Positions 8,556-18,100 of a stretch of 26,457 nt of DNA are shown in pieces (position 1 is the first letter of the stretch; every line of letters starts with the position of its first letter). The notes beneath the pieces are model-generated. The model did no database searches and had not been told where the DNA came from. It saw only the letters and a list, made by a program, of their open reading frames with translations. The stretch covers positions 1-26,457 of the IMG/VR virus record IMGVR_UViG_3300037722_001099. One strand, 5' to 3'. The position numbers and the translations under genes were made by a program. The stretch is from a virus (Duplodnaviria > Caudoviricetes).

Positions 8556-8864
8556 ATGGCCTTCTCCGACCTGGTCGCCGCCACCGAAAAGGTATTTTTC
8601 GATTCTTGCGGCCAGCCCGTCGCCCTCACCTTCGCCGACGGCACGCAGCTCTCCGTCACCGGCATTTTCGACGCGCCCTTCGAGCGCGTCGACCCGGGCG
8701 GGCTCGGCATCGAAAGCAACGGGCCCCAGGTGGTCGTCTCCACCTCCGCCGTCGCCGTCGTCCCCCACGGCACCACGGTGGTTGTCGACCAAACGAACTA
8801 TCGCGTCATTGCCGCCCAACCTGACGGCGCAGGACTCACCGTCCTGATCCTGAGCGAGGACTAG
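8556..8864 (+). CDS. Head-tail joining protein (gpFII-like)
   Basis: VTGIFDAP...YRVIAAQPDGAGLTVLIL; size and position. Confidence 0.75.
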   Translation: MAFSDLVAATEKVFFDSCGQPVALTFADGTQLSVTGIFDAPFERVDPGGLGIESNGPQVVVSTSAVAVVPHGTTVVVDQTNYRVIAAQPDGAGLTVLILSED

Positions 8865-8867
8865 AAG

Positions 8868-9227
8868 ATGACCACCCCCTGCGTGCAGTACCCGGCCATC
8901 GACTCCATCGGCCGCAAAGTCGATACGCTCATCGACGCAGTGCAAGTCCTGGCCGTGCAGAAAAACGAGATCGAGCACTTGATCAAGACTCAAGGGGATC
9001 ACCGCGACTGGCTCAAGGGTCACGAGTCGCGCATCCAGGCCATCGAGCGCCGCGGGGACCTGGTGGTGACCCTCGACGACATCGGCCGCACCATCAAAGA
9101 GGTCGACAGCCGGCTGCGCACCGTCGAAGGCGGGCCGGGCAAACTCGCCGGACGGGTTATCTGGCTGCAGCTGGGGACGCTCTTCACCCTCTCCTCCGGG
9201 CTGCTTATCTGGATCATCACCAAATAG
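8868..9227 (+). CDS. Hypothetical coiled-coil protein with C-terminal transmembrane helix
   Basis: Heptad-like HESRIQAIE / VDSRLRTVE; hydrophobic end VIWLQLGTLFTLSSGLLIWII. Confidence 0.7.
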   Translation: MTTPCVQYPAIDSIGRKVDTLIDAVQVLAVQKNEIEHLIKTQGDHRDWLKGHESRIQAIERRGDLVVTLDDIGRTIKEVDSRLRTVEGGPGKLAGRVIWLQLGTLFTLSSGLLIWIITK

Positions 9228-9238
9228 GGGACAAGCTC

Positions 9239-9406
9239 ATGGCCGCCTGCCTGTGCAACGTCAAAAATAAAAACGTCTGCTGCGTCACCTGCGCCGACCA
9301 GCGCCCCGGCCGCGGCGGCTGTTACCCCTGCAACTGCTGGCGCAACACCGAGCCCTGTCTGCAGACCGACCAGACCCGGGCGCAGAAACTCGAGGCACTC
9401 CGATGA
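9239..9406 (+). CDS. Cysteine-rich microprotein, 55 aa, 9 Cys
   Basis: MAACLCNVKNKNVCCVTCADQRPGRGGCYPCNCWRNTEPCLQTDQTRAQKLEALR; RBS AGGGG; ATGA overlap with next gene; translated by hand. Confidence 0.65.
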   Translation: MAACLCNVKNKNVCCVTCADQRPGRGGCYPCNCWRNTEPCLQTDQTRAQKLEALR

Positions 9407-9822
9407 GCACCACCATCCGCCAGCAGCTCCTCGACGTTATGACGACGGCCCTCAAGACCCTCCCCGGGGTGACGGTCTACACGGACGATCCGCCCCCTCT
9501 GGAATCGACGGTCTTCCCGGCCATCTACCTCATCGACGGCGAGGCGACCGTCGATGTCGCAGGCTCCGAAATGGGGCGCCAGCTCAATGTGCTGACCTTC
9601 GAGCTCAAGGTCGGGGGCGCAGGCCGCACCTGCCCGGCGGAAACCCGGGCGCTCATGGGGGATGTCGTCGCCCTCCTCTGGAGCAATCGCAAATGGGGCG
9701 GCCTGGCGCGCATGACCGACATCACCGCCCACTCCCTCGAGCTCGTCGAAGCCGCCCGGCTCTACGCCGTCGGCAATATCACCGCATCCGTGTCGTACCT
9801 GTCCCCTCTCGGCAGCATTTAA
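9403..9822 (+). CDS. Tail terminator / tail completion protein
   Basis: TIRQQLL start, FPAIYL, NRKWGGLA; directly before the tail tube. Confidence 0.7.
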   Translation: MSTTIRQQLLDVMTTALKTLPGVTVYTDDPPPLESTVFPAIYLIDGEATVDVAGSEMGRQLNVLTFELKVGGAGRTCPAETRALMGDVVALLWSNRKWGGLARMTDITAHSLELVEAARLYAVGNITASVSYLSPLGSI

Positions 9823-9832
9823 GGAGATCATC

Positions 9833-10927
9833 ATGGCCCTTCAGTTTATCGAAATCGCCGAGCAGGTCACGCGCGGCGTCGTCGTCGGCGACGAGACCTG
9901 GCATCCGCTCCCCAATATGGGGAAGCTGCGCCCCGACTACAACCCCACCGACGAAGCGGTCCCTGAGTACCGCGGCGCCGACACCGGCCAGGGGAATTCC
10001 ACGCAGCAGCGCACGGAAAGCCAGTGGACCTACGCCCTCGAGTCGCGGGCCTACCCCTGCGCCGCCATGGGTCTGCTGCTCAAGCACTTTTTCGGCAACG
10101 TCACCGCCCGCACCGTCGTCGAGACCACCGCCTACAAGGGGCTGCTCCTGCCGTCAAATCTCCCCTTCGGCAACGGCGCCCTCCTCGGCGAGACGGCCCT
10201 GATGATCCGCGTCAACTACGACAACGGCGAAGACGTCGGCGTCTCGCGCATCTACCACGGCGGGCTGATCACCAGCCGCAATCTCAAGGGGGGAGGCTCC
10301 ACCGACGTCATGGTCACCTTCAACCTCGAAGGCGCCGGACCGTACATCGAGGACGAAGCCGCGGCCACGACCGCCCCCGACTTCTCCGCTTTCCCGGCCC
10401 CTTTCAACTCGTCCGACGTGCTCCTCTACATCGGCAGCGGCGCCGCCCGCACGGGAGTGGCCCCCAACTACACCGCCGTCGGCCCCGGCACCATGAACAC
10501 CTTCCTCCCCGACTCCTTTGACATCACCATCGAGACCGGGCGCAAGTGCAAAACCATCATGAACGGCGTCAAGGGGCCGAGCAGCCCGACCAAGGAAGGG
10601 CAGTTGGCGATCAGCGCCACCTTCCCCATCGACGTGCGCCGCCCCGGCGTCGGCTTCTCCAGCGGCGCCGCCATCGAGGCGCTCTATGCCGGTGTCGCCG
10701 AGCACCCGATCATGCTGGTCATGGACAACGGCGAGCTCGCCGGGGATACCGCCGCGACCTTCTCCTGGACGGAGGATTTCCCGCGCATGGCCCTCAAGCC
10801 GGTCAACCCCGAGTACAACACCGAAGGGAAGATCCCCAGCGCCTCCCTCGAGTTCTCGCACCTGGTCAGCGCCACGACCAAGTACGCCATGGCCGCCCTC
10901 ACCGTCGACCAGCTTGACGCATATTAA
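9833..10927 (+). CDS. Major tail tube protein
   Basis: Strong RBS AAGGAG, beta-rich 364 aa, followed by hairpin, chaperone and tape measure genes. Confidence 0.72.
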   Translation: MALQFIEIAEQVTRGVVVGDETWHPLPNMGKLRPDYNPTDEAVPEYRGADTGQGNSTQQRTESQWTYALESRAYPCAAMGLLLKHFFGNVTARTVVETTAYKGLLLPSNLPFGNGALLGETALMIRVNYDNGEDVGVSRIYHGGLITSRNLKGGGSTDVMVTFNLEGAGPYIEDEAAATTAPDFSAFPAPFNSSDVLLYIGSGAARTGVAPNYTAVGPGTMNTFLPDSFDITIETGRKCKTIMNGVKGPSSPTKEGQLAISATFPIDVRRPGVGFSSGAAIEALYAGVAEHPIMLVMDNGELAGDTAATFSWTEDFPRMALKPVNPEYNTEGKIPSASLEFSHLVSATTKYAMAALTVDQLDAY

Positions 10928-10933
10928 ACCGCC

Positions 10934-10961
10934 GGGGCCCGGGCGACCGGGCCCCTTATTT
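10934..10961 (+). terminator. Intrinsic terminator-like hairpin after the tail tube gene
   Basis: GGGGCCCGG-GCGA-CCGGGCCCC then TTATTT. Confidence 0.65.
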
Positions 10962-10973
10962 CAGGAGAGTGTT

Positions 10974-11318
10974 ATGGAAATCCATCCCCCCAGTTACGTT
11001 TACCGCTGCGTCCCTCCGGTGCTTGGCAACGATGTCGCCGAACAGCCTTTCGTCATTCGCCTGCGTGGGATCTCGCGGCCCGAATTCAAGAACCAGATCG
11101 CCCTGCAGCAGGGGCTTGACGCCACCGCTCTGATCAAGAGCGACGACGAGTTTGTCAGCAAACACATCGACGGCATCGAGGGCCCGGATGTCGACGGCAA
11201 GCCGATCAAGACCTGGACAGACATCAACGAGCGACTTCCCCTTGAGTTTGCTCTCTGGATCGAAAAGGCCGTTTCCAACACCTATATGCTTTTGGCGGCA
11301 GAAAGAAAAAACTCCTAG
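10974..11318 (+). CDS. Tail assembly chaperone (G-like)
   Basis: ATG 10974 with RBS AGGAG; ends ERKNS at a slippery site; between tube and tape measure. Confidence 0.78.
   Translation: MEIHPPSYVYRCVPPVLGNDVAEQPFVIRLRGISRPEFKNQIALQQGLDATALIKSDDEFVSKHIDGIEGPDVDGKPIKTWTDINERLPLEFALWIEKAVSNTYMLLAAERKNS
11306..11312 (+). other. Programmed -1 ribosomal frameshift site A AAA AAC
   Basis: AGA AAA AAC TCC TAG; the -1 frame stays open (LLGGIRYGLYLSDGAPF...) into the 11342-11761 ORF. Confidence 0.82.
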
Positions 11319-11761
11319 GGGGGATCCGCTACGGACTTTACTTGTCCGACGGCGCCCCCTTTGACTGTGCTTCGTGCGACGAACGGCTCAAGAACAAGCG
11401 CAACTGTCGCAACCGTAAGGGATTTATTGAAACGATCCTTGTCGGTGCCAACGAGTGGGCCAGTATCAGTTCTAAGCACCGCCCGGTTCTCAAGCTCGAT
11501 GACCTTATGTTCATGGCCTGTCCGACTTCGACGATCACTCCAAAAACATGGGAAGCCCTGGGAATCGTCAACAACTGCATTACTGCCGAACATGGGGACT
11601 GGCATCACTTCCCCTACCCGAACAAGGTGACCGGGCTCCCCGGCGGGCTCTTCGATCAGCCGGGGTGGCTCGTCGAAGCCGTCGCCATGGTCCGCAACGA
11701 AAGAAACACCCATCGTCGGAAGATAATGGAGAAATTGAAGCATGTCCGACAAAAAAATTAA
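11309..11761 (+). CDS. Frameshift extension of the tail chaperone (T part of GT)
   Basis: No own RBS; in frame after -1 slip; CASC..C..CP and LPGGLFDQPGW motifs; overlaps tape measure start. Confidence 0.75.
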   Translation, partial: KLLGGIRYGLYLSDGAPFDCASCDERLKNKRNCRNRKGFIETILVGANEWASISSKHRPVLKLDDLMFMACPTSTITPKTWEALGIVNNCITAEHGDWHHFPYPNKVTGLPGGLFDQPGWLVEAVAMVRNERNTHRRKIMEKLKHVRQKN

Positions 11762-13517
11762 TCTGGTCATCAACGGCAAGAACAATTCAGGTCCGGCGCT
11801 GACATCTGCCCAAAAGGCTCTTGGGGCCCTTGAAACAGCAGCAGTCCGGCTGGGGCCGCTTGTCGTGGGTGCTCTTGGTGCAAGAGCTATAAAAGAAGCC
11901 GCCGATTTGTGGATACGGCAGGAAGATGCCATTAAACAGGTTGAAAGCCGGTTGATATCAACCAGGGGGGTTTCCGGACAAACCTCTGCCGGATTGCAGG
12001 CAATGGCATCAAGTCTCCAGGGCGTGACGAAATACGGCGACGAAGCAACGCTTGAAATGCAATCTCTTTTGTTAACCTTCACCCAAATACAGGGTCCGGT
12101 TTTTGGACAAGCAACAGAAGCAATCATGAATGTTGCTACAGCCATGAAAAGGGATCTTAGTAGTGCAGCACTTCAGGTCGGCAAGGCGCTTAATGATCCA
12201 ATCCTTGGCGTTTCCGCTCTTGCTGAGTCTGGTATTCAATTTACCCAATCCCAAAAATCAGTAATTAAGGCATTGGTTGACACCGGCGATGTGGCTGGGG
12301 CGCAAAAAATTATTCTCGGTGAGCTTGAGGTTCAGTTCGGCGGAGCGGCAAGAGCAGCGAGAGAAGGTATGGGCGGATCGGTTACCGCCATGGGAAATGC
12401 CTTTAGCGACGTAATGGAACAATTAGGCCGAGGCGCCGCGAACGGTGGGGCGGTTGGGCTTTTCGACTCCATTACCACCTCGCTGACTTCAGCAGCGACC
12501 GCTATGGGGGATTTCAACCAGGCCGTCGAAGACCTGAAGAATAAAGACCAAAGCGCATTGCTCATGCAGGCCATGGCTGGTGTGCGGGTGAGAAGTGAAC
12601 AACTTGCCGCCGCCCAGAAACAACTTGAGGAACGCGGCTGGACCCCGGCAGGGCAAGCCAAGGTTGACGGCTACAGAAAAGCCCTCGAAAGAATGAGGGA
12701 AGAATATAGGAGGGTCATCGAGGCCAACGCTGTTTTTGTCGGGACGGTGGGTCCGATCATCCCGGATCAGTTGAGGGAACAACGAGCAGGACAGCTTAAC
12801 GTAAGGGACGCGACCGCCGCCGATATTTACGGGCCAACCCAGCCCGATGTCGATCGTTCCAACCAGTACGGCCCGATGATGCCCAACGATGTCTGGCAGG
12901 AGCGCAGAGACGAGCGGTTTGCCGGCGAGCAGGAATGGAACGCCAGGATGCTCACCCTGCAAATCGAGGCCGGGAATCAGCAGGCATTGGCCGCAGAGGA
13001 TTTTGCGCAGCAGGAAATCGAAGCCGCGCGCAAGGAGTGGGAGATGAAAACGAGCGCCGCCGCCAATGGAACAGCGGCCCTCATGAATCTCACCAATGCC
13101 CTCTATGTTTTCGGCGGCAAAAAGTCCCGCGCCATGTTCGAGGCAAACAAAATTGCCGGGATTGCTAACATCGGAGTCAGCACCTATACAGCGGCGGCTG
13201 GGGCCATGAAGGACACGCCTGGTCCGTATTGGGTTCGACTGCTGGCAGCAGGGGCAATCACAGCGGCAGGGTTGGCACAGGCGGCGAATGTTTCGACAAT
13301 GTCATTCGATGGTGGTGGCACCCCCTCCGGAGGCTACGGCGGAGGCACACCCACTTCCCCCGTCGTCACCCAGCCCGGAGGGTCCTCGCAGCAGGCGCCG
13401 CAGGAGATCACCATTAAGGTCATCGGCGTCATCTCCGACGCCACCGTCGAAAATCTCGTTGACCGCTTCAACGATGCCGGAAGCCGCGGCGTTCGCATCG
13501 ATTACAGCCAGGGGTGA
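11742..13517 (+). CDS. Tail tape measure protein
   Basis: Ala/Gly-rich helical; YGDEA, LLTFTQI, AALQVGKALNDPILGVSAL motifs; Gly-rich C-terminus. Confidence 0.92.
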   Translation: MSDKKINLVINGKNNSGPALTSAQKALGALETAAVRLGPLVVGALGARAIKEAADLWIRQEDAIKQVESRLISTRGVSGQTSAGLQAMASSLQGVTKYGDEATLEMQSLLLTFTQIQGPVFGQATEAIMNVATAMKRDLSSAALQVGKALNDPILGVSALAESGIQFTQSQKSVIKALVDTGDVAGAQKIILGELEVQFGGAARAAREGMGGSVTAMGNAFSDVMEQLGRGAANGGAVGLFDSITTSLTSAATAMGDFNQAVEDLKNKDQSALLMQAMAGVRVRSEQLAAAQKQLEERGWTPAGQAKVDGYRKALERMREEYRRVIEANAVFVGTVGPIIPDQLREQRAGQLNVRDATAADIYGPTQPDVDRSNQYGPMMPNDVWQERRDERFAGEQEWNARMLTLQIEAGNQQALAAEDFAQQEIEAARKEWEMKTSAAANGTAALMNLTNALYVFGGKKSRAMFEANKIAGIANIGVSTYTAAAGAMKDTPGPYWVRLLAAGAITAAGLAQAANVSTMSFDGGGTPSGGYGGGTPTSPVVTQPGGSSQQAPQEITIKVIGVISDATVENLVDRFNDAGSRGVRIDYSQG

Positions 13518-14281
13518 ACATGGAACAACCGCTTTTCCTCTATCCGAATACCCCCTACCTGGCCACTGCCACGGTGACGGCCACCGACAGTTACGCCGGA
13601 ACCTCGCCGGCAAGCCTTTTGACCGCCACAGAGGATGCCTACTGGCGACCCGCCGACACGACCGGCACCAAGACGATCACCATTGACCTCGGCGAGCCGC
13701 GCTCTATCACCACCCTGGGTTTGGCCGGTGAAGCCATGGACGGCGCCACATTCACCGTCTCCGCCTCCTCCGACAATTTCATTGCCGAAACCGTCGTCAT
13801 CCTGACCGATACGATCCTGACCGCCCCGGTCAACGCCGGGTGGCTCAATCTCGACACGGGCGGCACTTACCGCTACTGGCAGATCACCGTTGCCACTTTC
13901 GGCAGTGCATTCCGCCTCTCCTGGGTCTGTCTCTGCGAACCGCCTCAACTCCCGTGGTTCAACGAAGACTGGGACCCGGAAAACCTCGCTATCACCGCCG
14001 AAGATCTCTACAGCGCCCAGGGGCTGTTTCTCGGCACCAATCAGGGCGCCACCGAGCGGGCGCTGACCGTCAATTTTGGGCAGGTCAGTACCGTCGACTT
14101 TTTGTTTATCAAGCTGTGGGTCGATCAGTGCCTGCGGGTGCGCCGCCCCTTCATCATGGTCCCTGATGCCTCAAGCGAAACCGCCTACTTCGGCATGGTC
14201 AAGGATAAAACCTTCTCGGCCGCGTTGGTCAACGGCCTGCTCTCGATTCCCTCTCTCACCTTTATGACCCGGGGCAACTGA
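13514..14281 (+). CDS. Distal tail protein-like with a discoidin/galactose-binding-like region
   Basis: Follows tape measure; ITIDLGEPRSI and YRYWQI motifs. Confidence 0.6.
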   Translation: MNMEQPLFLYPNTPYLATATVTATDSYAGTSPASLLTATEDAYWRPADTTGTKTITIDLGEPRSITTLGLAGEAMDGATFTVSASSDNFIAETVVILTDTILTAPVNAGWLNLDTGGTYRYWQITVATFGSAFRLSWVCLCEPPQLPWFNEDWDPENLAITAEDLYSAQGLFLGTNQGATERALTVNFGQVSTVDFLFIKLWVDQCLRVRRPFIMVPDASSETAYFGMVKDKTFSAALVNGLLSIPSLTFMTRGN

Positions 14282-17200
14282 TGCCGTCTGACGCCTACAT
14301 CAAAGCAGCCTCAGCCGACAACCGCGAGCCGGTGATTCACCTGGCCCTCGAGTCGGTCGACGCCATCAAGCTTTCGGTTGATACTCAGGCGGATTGGAAC
14401 GCGAGCAAAAGCATCAGCGCCGAGCTGCGCACGGACCTTGAACCGCAGAGCGTGCGGATGGAACATCCCGTCTATGCCCAGAGCAAGCAGATGTCCCCCT
14501 ACCCCGGAGAGGTCAGGACCTCCCCGGATTTTGATTCGTGGGTAACGTGGATGGGAGGCCCGACAAGGTTTGACCATCAATCTTTCTACGATGACATTGG
14601 TATCCCGGCGACTACGGTGCCGTTTACGTTCGGAAACTGCCGATGGGTTTTCAGGAATCCTTCCACTGGAGCCATACTCGGCATCTCCCATGAGATGACA
14701 TGGGGGGGGACTCCTAAATCTGGGTACAACAATGTTTACGGTCCATCATTTGTTCAACCGTTTCTGCTAACTGCTGGGACATCTTTTTGCGTCACCTTGG
14801 AAATTGACCAGGGTGACGTTGACCGTGTGAGCAACTTGGCTCGAATGAGTGCATACGATACTTTCTTTTGGCCGAGCCTCGAAGTGACCGCCGCCGCCGG
14901 CACCCTGCAAACCAAAACCCTCGACCTCGGCCTGACCCCGAACGTCGATACCCGTGTCACTTTCGAAGGTACCGCCCCTTATCCGGCCTCTATCGCCATT
15001 ACCGCCCGGGGGAGCGACAACGAGGCCGACTGGACCGACCTCGGTGCCGTGGCCAATAATACGGACGTCGCACCTTACCGCTATTACGATTTCACCGCCG
15101 TCATGACCTCGAACGGCGCTGGTCCGGTCTTGGAGAAGATTGCCGTCCAGGGCGGGGATGCCCAGTACCTGCATTTTTCAACGCATCGGGATTTGCCGGT
15201 GGTCGGGGCTCTGCCCCTGATCGTCCCTGACTCCGTCGGCACCCTCTCCACCAAGCTCGACCTGATGAAAACGCCGACCACTGCGGAGATCAACCTCTCG
15301 CTTTTCTGGACCGAGTCCACCGGCGACCTGATCGCCACCGGCTACCCGAAAAACAAAGTCGCCCGCATCCGTCACGGCTACGTCGGGATTGCCGAATCGG
15401 ACTACGAACCGCTTCTCGAAGGCCGCTTCTACGACTACGACGCCGACCCGGTCAAGATGCAGATCGGCGTCAAGTTCCGCGACGTGCGCCAAATGTATGC
15501 AAAGCGAAGGCTGCCCGAGGAGACATACCAGGCCGACACCGGCGCCAAGGCGACTCGGCCGATCATCTACGCCGACGCCCACGCCTTCGATGTCCTCCTC
15601 GACCTTTACGACCGCATCGGCATCCCCGATCATTATATCGGGGATTTCAACACCGTCCGCACCGCCAACCGCGCCGGGACCGAGTGGAACGTCACCCGCA
15701 CCATCAGCTCCCCCGAAGAGGCCGAAACGCTCATCAACGAGATTGCCGTCACCTGCGGGATCATCCTCTCCCCCCAGCCGGACGGCACCGTCGCCCCCAT
15801 CGTCCTCGACCCGGAAGCCGAGCCGGTCGCGATATTCGATACCCGAGAAGTCACCCTCTCCAAATTCGCCGGCGGACAAAAAGAGCTTTTCACCCGCTCC
15901 ATGGTCTATTACGACCCGCTGAACGACGACCCGGGCGAGTCGGAAGAGAATTACCAGCGCCTCTACATCATCGAAAATGAAGAAGCCCGTATAGCATGGG
16001 GCGAATCGAGCGAGAAACGATGGTTCGACAAATGGGACGCATCCGAAACGGCCCGGACCGCCCTGGCGGAGCGCATGAAGGACTGGTACAGCGTCCCGCG
16101 AATGAAGCTCACCATCTCCGATGTCGCCCCCCGGCACATGGGGGTCAGGCTCGGCGACCTGGTGCAGATTGACAACCTCCGCCTCCCCGTCGCCTCGGCG
16201 GAGTGGCCGGGGATCGTCGCCGGTCGCAAGTTTTTGGTTGTCTCACGCGATTTCGACCCGAAAAACGGCACGCTCAAAATCGGCCTGTCCGAGACCGGCA
16301 CCGTCGGCACCCCCGGCGCAGGCGTTGCCGGAACGACCCTGGCGATCAGCGGCAGCGACACGCCGACCGGCACAGACAACCTCTACACCGTAACCGGGGG
16401 CACCTCGCCCTATACTTGGTCCTCCACAGTGGGCGTTCTGAGCAACACGACGGGGTCAAGTGTCAACCTGAATGTCGCCAACGCCACCGGCGACGGATCG
16501 ATCAGCGTCTCCGACGCCACAGCGAAAGTCGTCAAGCGGATCAGTGTCGCCCCACCTGCCGTCACAAACTTTTTTGTCTCGCAGCAGCCGGACGGGACGC
16601 GGCAGTTTTCGTGGATCGCCCTGAGCGTCGTCAACATCGCCGGGTATGCCATCCGCTATTCGGTGGGGACGGGCGGCAGCTGGGACACCATGCTGCCGCT
16701 GCACTCCGGTGTTATTTCAACTTCCCCATGGGAGACAAACCAGCTCGGAACGGGGACATATACCTTTGCCATTCGCGCCGTCACGACGATGGGAACGCTT
16801 TCGGGGAACGCGACCTATATCGAGGCGACCCTGACGGAACAGCGTGGAGACTACAAGGTTGCACAGGAAGACCCGCGTGAACTGGATTGGCCGGGCACCC
16901 TGACCGATTGCCGGGTCGATGAAAACAATTATCTGGTACCGACCGACCCGACCACCTGGGCCGACCTGACCACATGGGCTGCAGCGGCTGAGTGGTCGCC
17001 ATCGCCGGACAGCCCGATTATCTACGAGCACAGCGCCATTGACATCGGAGCGGTGACAGCCTTCACCCCGGTGATTGTCATCGTCGCGGACGGAACCGTC
17101 ACCCTCGAAATGTCCTCCTCGACCAACGGGACGGACTACAGCGCCTGGGCTGCCAACGGCTTTGTCGCTTCCGCCCGGTACTTCAAACAGCGGATCACCG

Positions 17201-17511
17201 TCACCGGAACCCGCCCGATCATCTACGCCCTCGAAGTCACCCTCTCCGGCAAGCCGGTGGAGACGACCGTGGAGGATTTGAACACAGCGACCCTCACCGG
17301 CAGCCACCGCCTCGGCACGGGAGACGTAAGACTCCCTATCGCCGGTTTCCAGGTCGTGCGGGTGATTATCCTCTCCCTGCAAAACGTCGGGCAGGGGTGG
17401 AGTTGGGAAATTATTGACAAAGACACGACCGTAGGACCGCGCATCAAGATCTACAACGCCGCCGGGGCTCTCGCCGACGCAACCATTGACGCCTACATCA
17501 AAGGACTCTGA
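14281..17511 (+). CDS. Tail tip / central fibre (host specificity) protein
   Basis: 1076 aa; hub-like middle, Ig-like VTGGTSPYTW, FN3-like PPAVTNF...GYAIRY...GTYTFAIRAV. Confidence 0.75.
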   Translation: MPSDAYIKAASADNREPVIHLALESVDAIKLSVDTQADWNASKSISAELRTDLEPQSVRMEHPVYAQSKQMSPYPGEVRTSPDFDSWVTWMGGPTRFDHQSFYDDIGIPATTVPFTFGNCRWVFRNPSTGAILGISHEMTWGGTPKSGYNNVYGPSFVQPFLLTAGTSFCVTLEIDQGDVDRVSNLARMSAYDTFFWPSLEVTAAAGTLQTKTLDLGLTPNVDTRVTFEGTAPYPASIAITARGSDNEADWTDLGAVANNTDVAPYRYYDFTAVMTSNGAGPVLEKIAVQGGDAQYLHFSTHRDLPVVGALPLIVPDSVGTLSTKLDLMKTPTTAEINLSLFWTESTGDLIATGYPKNKVARIRHGYVGIAESDYEPLLEGRFYDYDADPVKMQIGVKFRDVRQMYAKRRLPEETYQADTGAKATRPIIYADAHAFDVLLDLYDRIGIPDHYIGDFNTVRTANRAGTEWNVTRTISSPEEAETLINEIAVTCGIILSPQPDGTVAPIVLDPEAEPVAIFDTREVTLSKFAGGQKELFTRSMVYYDPLNDDPGESEENYQRLYIIENEEARIAWGESSEKRWFDKWDASETARTALAERMKDWYSVPRMKLTISDVAPRHMGVRLGDLVQIDNLRLPVASAEWPGIVAGRKFLVVSRDFDPKNGTLKIGLSETGTVGTPGAGVAGTTLAISGSDTPTGTDNLYTVTGGTSPYTWSSTVGVLSNTTGSSVNLNVANATGDGSISVSDATAKVVKRISVAPPAVTNFFVSQQPDGTRQFSWIALSVVNIAGYAIRYSVGTGGSWDTMLPLHSGVISTSPWETNQLGTGTYTFAIRAVTTMGTLSGNATYIEATLTEQRGDYKVAQEDPRELDWPGTLTDCRVDENNYLVPTDPTTWADLTTWAAAAEWSPSPDSPIIYEHSAIDIGAVTAFTPVIVIVADGTVTLEMSSSTNGTDYSAWAANGFVASARYFKQRITVTGTRPIIYALEVTLSGKPVETTVEDLNTATLTGSHRLGTGDVRLPIAGFQVVRVIILSLQNVGQGWSWEIIDKDTTVGPRIKIYNAAGALADATIDAYIKGL

Positions 17512-17513
17512 TT

Positions 17514-18020
17514 ATGACCTGGCCCGCCTCTATTGTACCGACAACCGCCCTTGATGCAGATACCGACAGCCTTGTGGCCGCAAGGCTGGAACTCAAGGCC
17601 GCAGTGGACGCTCTTAACGAGATCATCACCCACCTGTCCGGTCAGACGATCTGGACGTCTTCGACCGACGGTCCGACGAGTGGGATGGCGGCACAGACGG
17701 CAGCCACGGCCACAAAACACGGTGTTCTCAATGTCAAGGTTATTGATATTGGGGACTGGAATATGGACACATTGTCAGGGAAAGGCGTTCTTCACGGCCT
17801 TGATTTCACCAAGATCAGAGGCGTCAGTGTTCTTGTCAGAAATGATGCCAATTCAGAGGTTTCTCCTCTTGATATTTTTTCAGGGGAGATTGTCGGTTAT
17901 TGGGAGTGTTTAGCTACAAGTATTTCCTTGTACCGTGTGCCTTTTGGTTTTTACGACCAGCCATCATACGACTCGACATCCTACAACCGTGGATACATAA
18001 CCATCTGGTACATAGACTAG
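17514..18020 (+). CDS. Putative tail fibre / receptor-binding protein
   Basis: N-terminal MTWP...LDADTDS..ARLELKAAVDALN anchor and coiled coil; aromatic beta-rich C-domain with AT-richer DNA. Confidence 0.55.
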   Translation: MTWPASIVPTTALDADTDSLVAARLELKAAVDALNEIITHLSGQTIWTSSTDGPTSGMAAQTAATATKHGVLNVKVIDIGDWNMDTLSGKGVLHGLDFTKIRGVSVLVRNDANSEVSPLDIFSGEIVGYWECLATSISLYRVPFGFYDQPSYDSTSYNRGYITIWYID

Positions 18021-18100
18021 AAAAATCCACTATGAGAAACCTTGACGCCAAAATACCCGGGGCTGAAAACTTCACCGCCCCCAATCAATAAGGAAACGCA

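Noticed and set aside
10686-10973. Extended N-terminus of the tail chaperone ORF (likewise 19473-19568 for the Ig-like gene)
   Set aside because: Overlaps upstream genes; downstream ATGs at 10974 and 19569 have clear RBSs.
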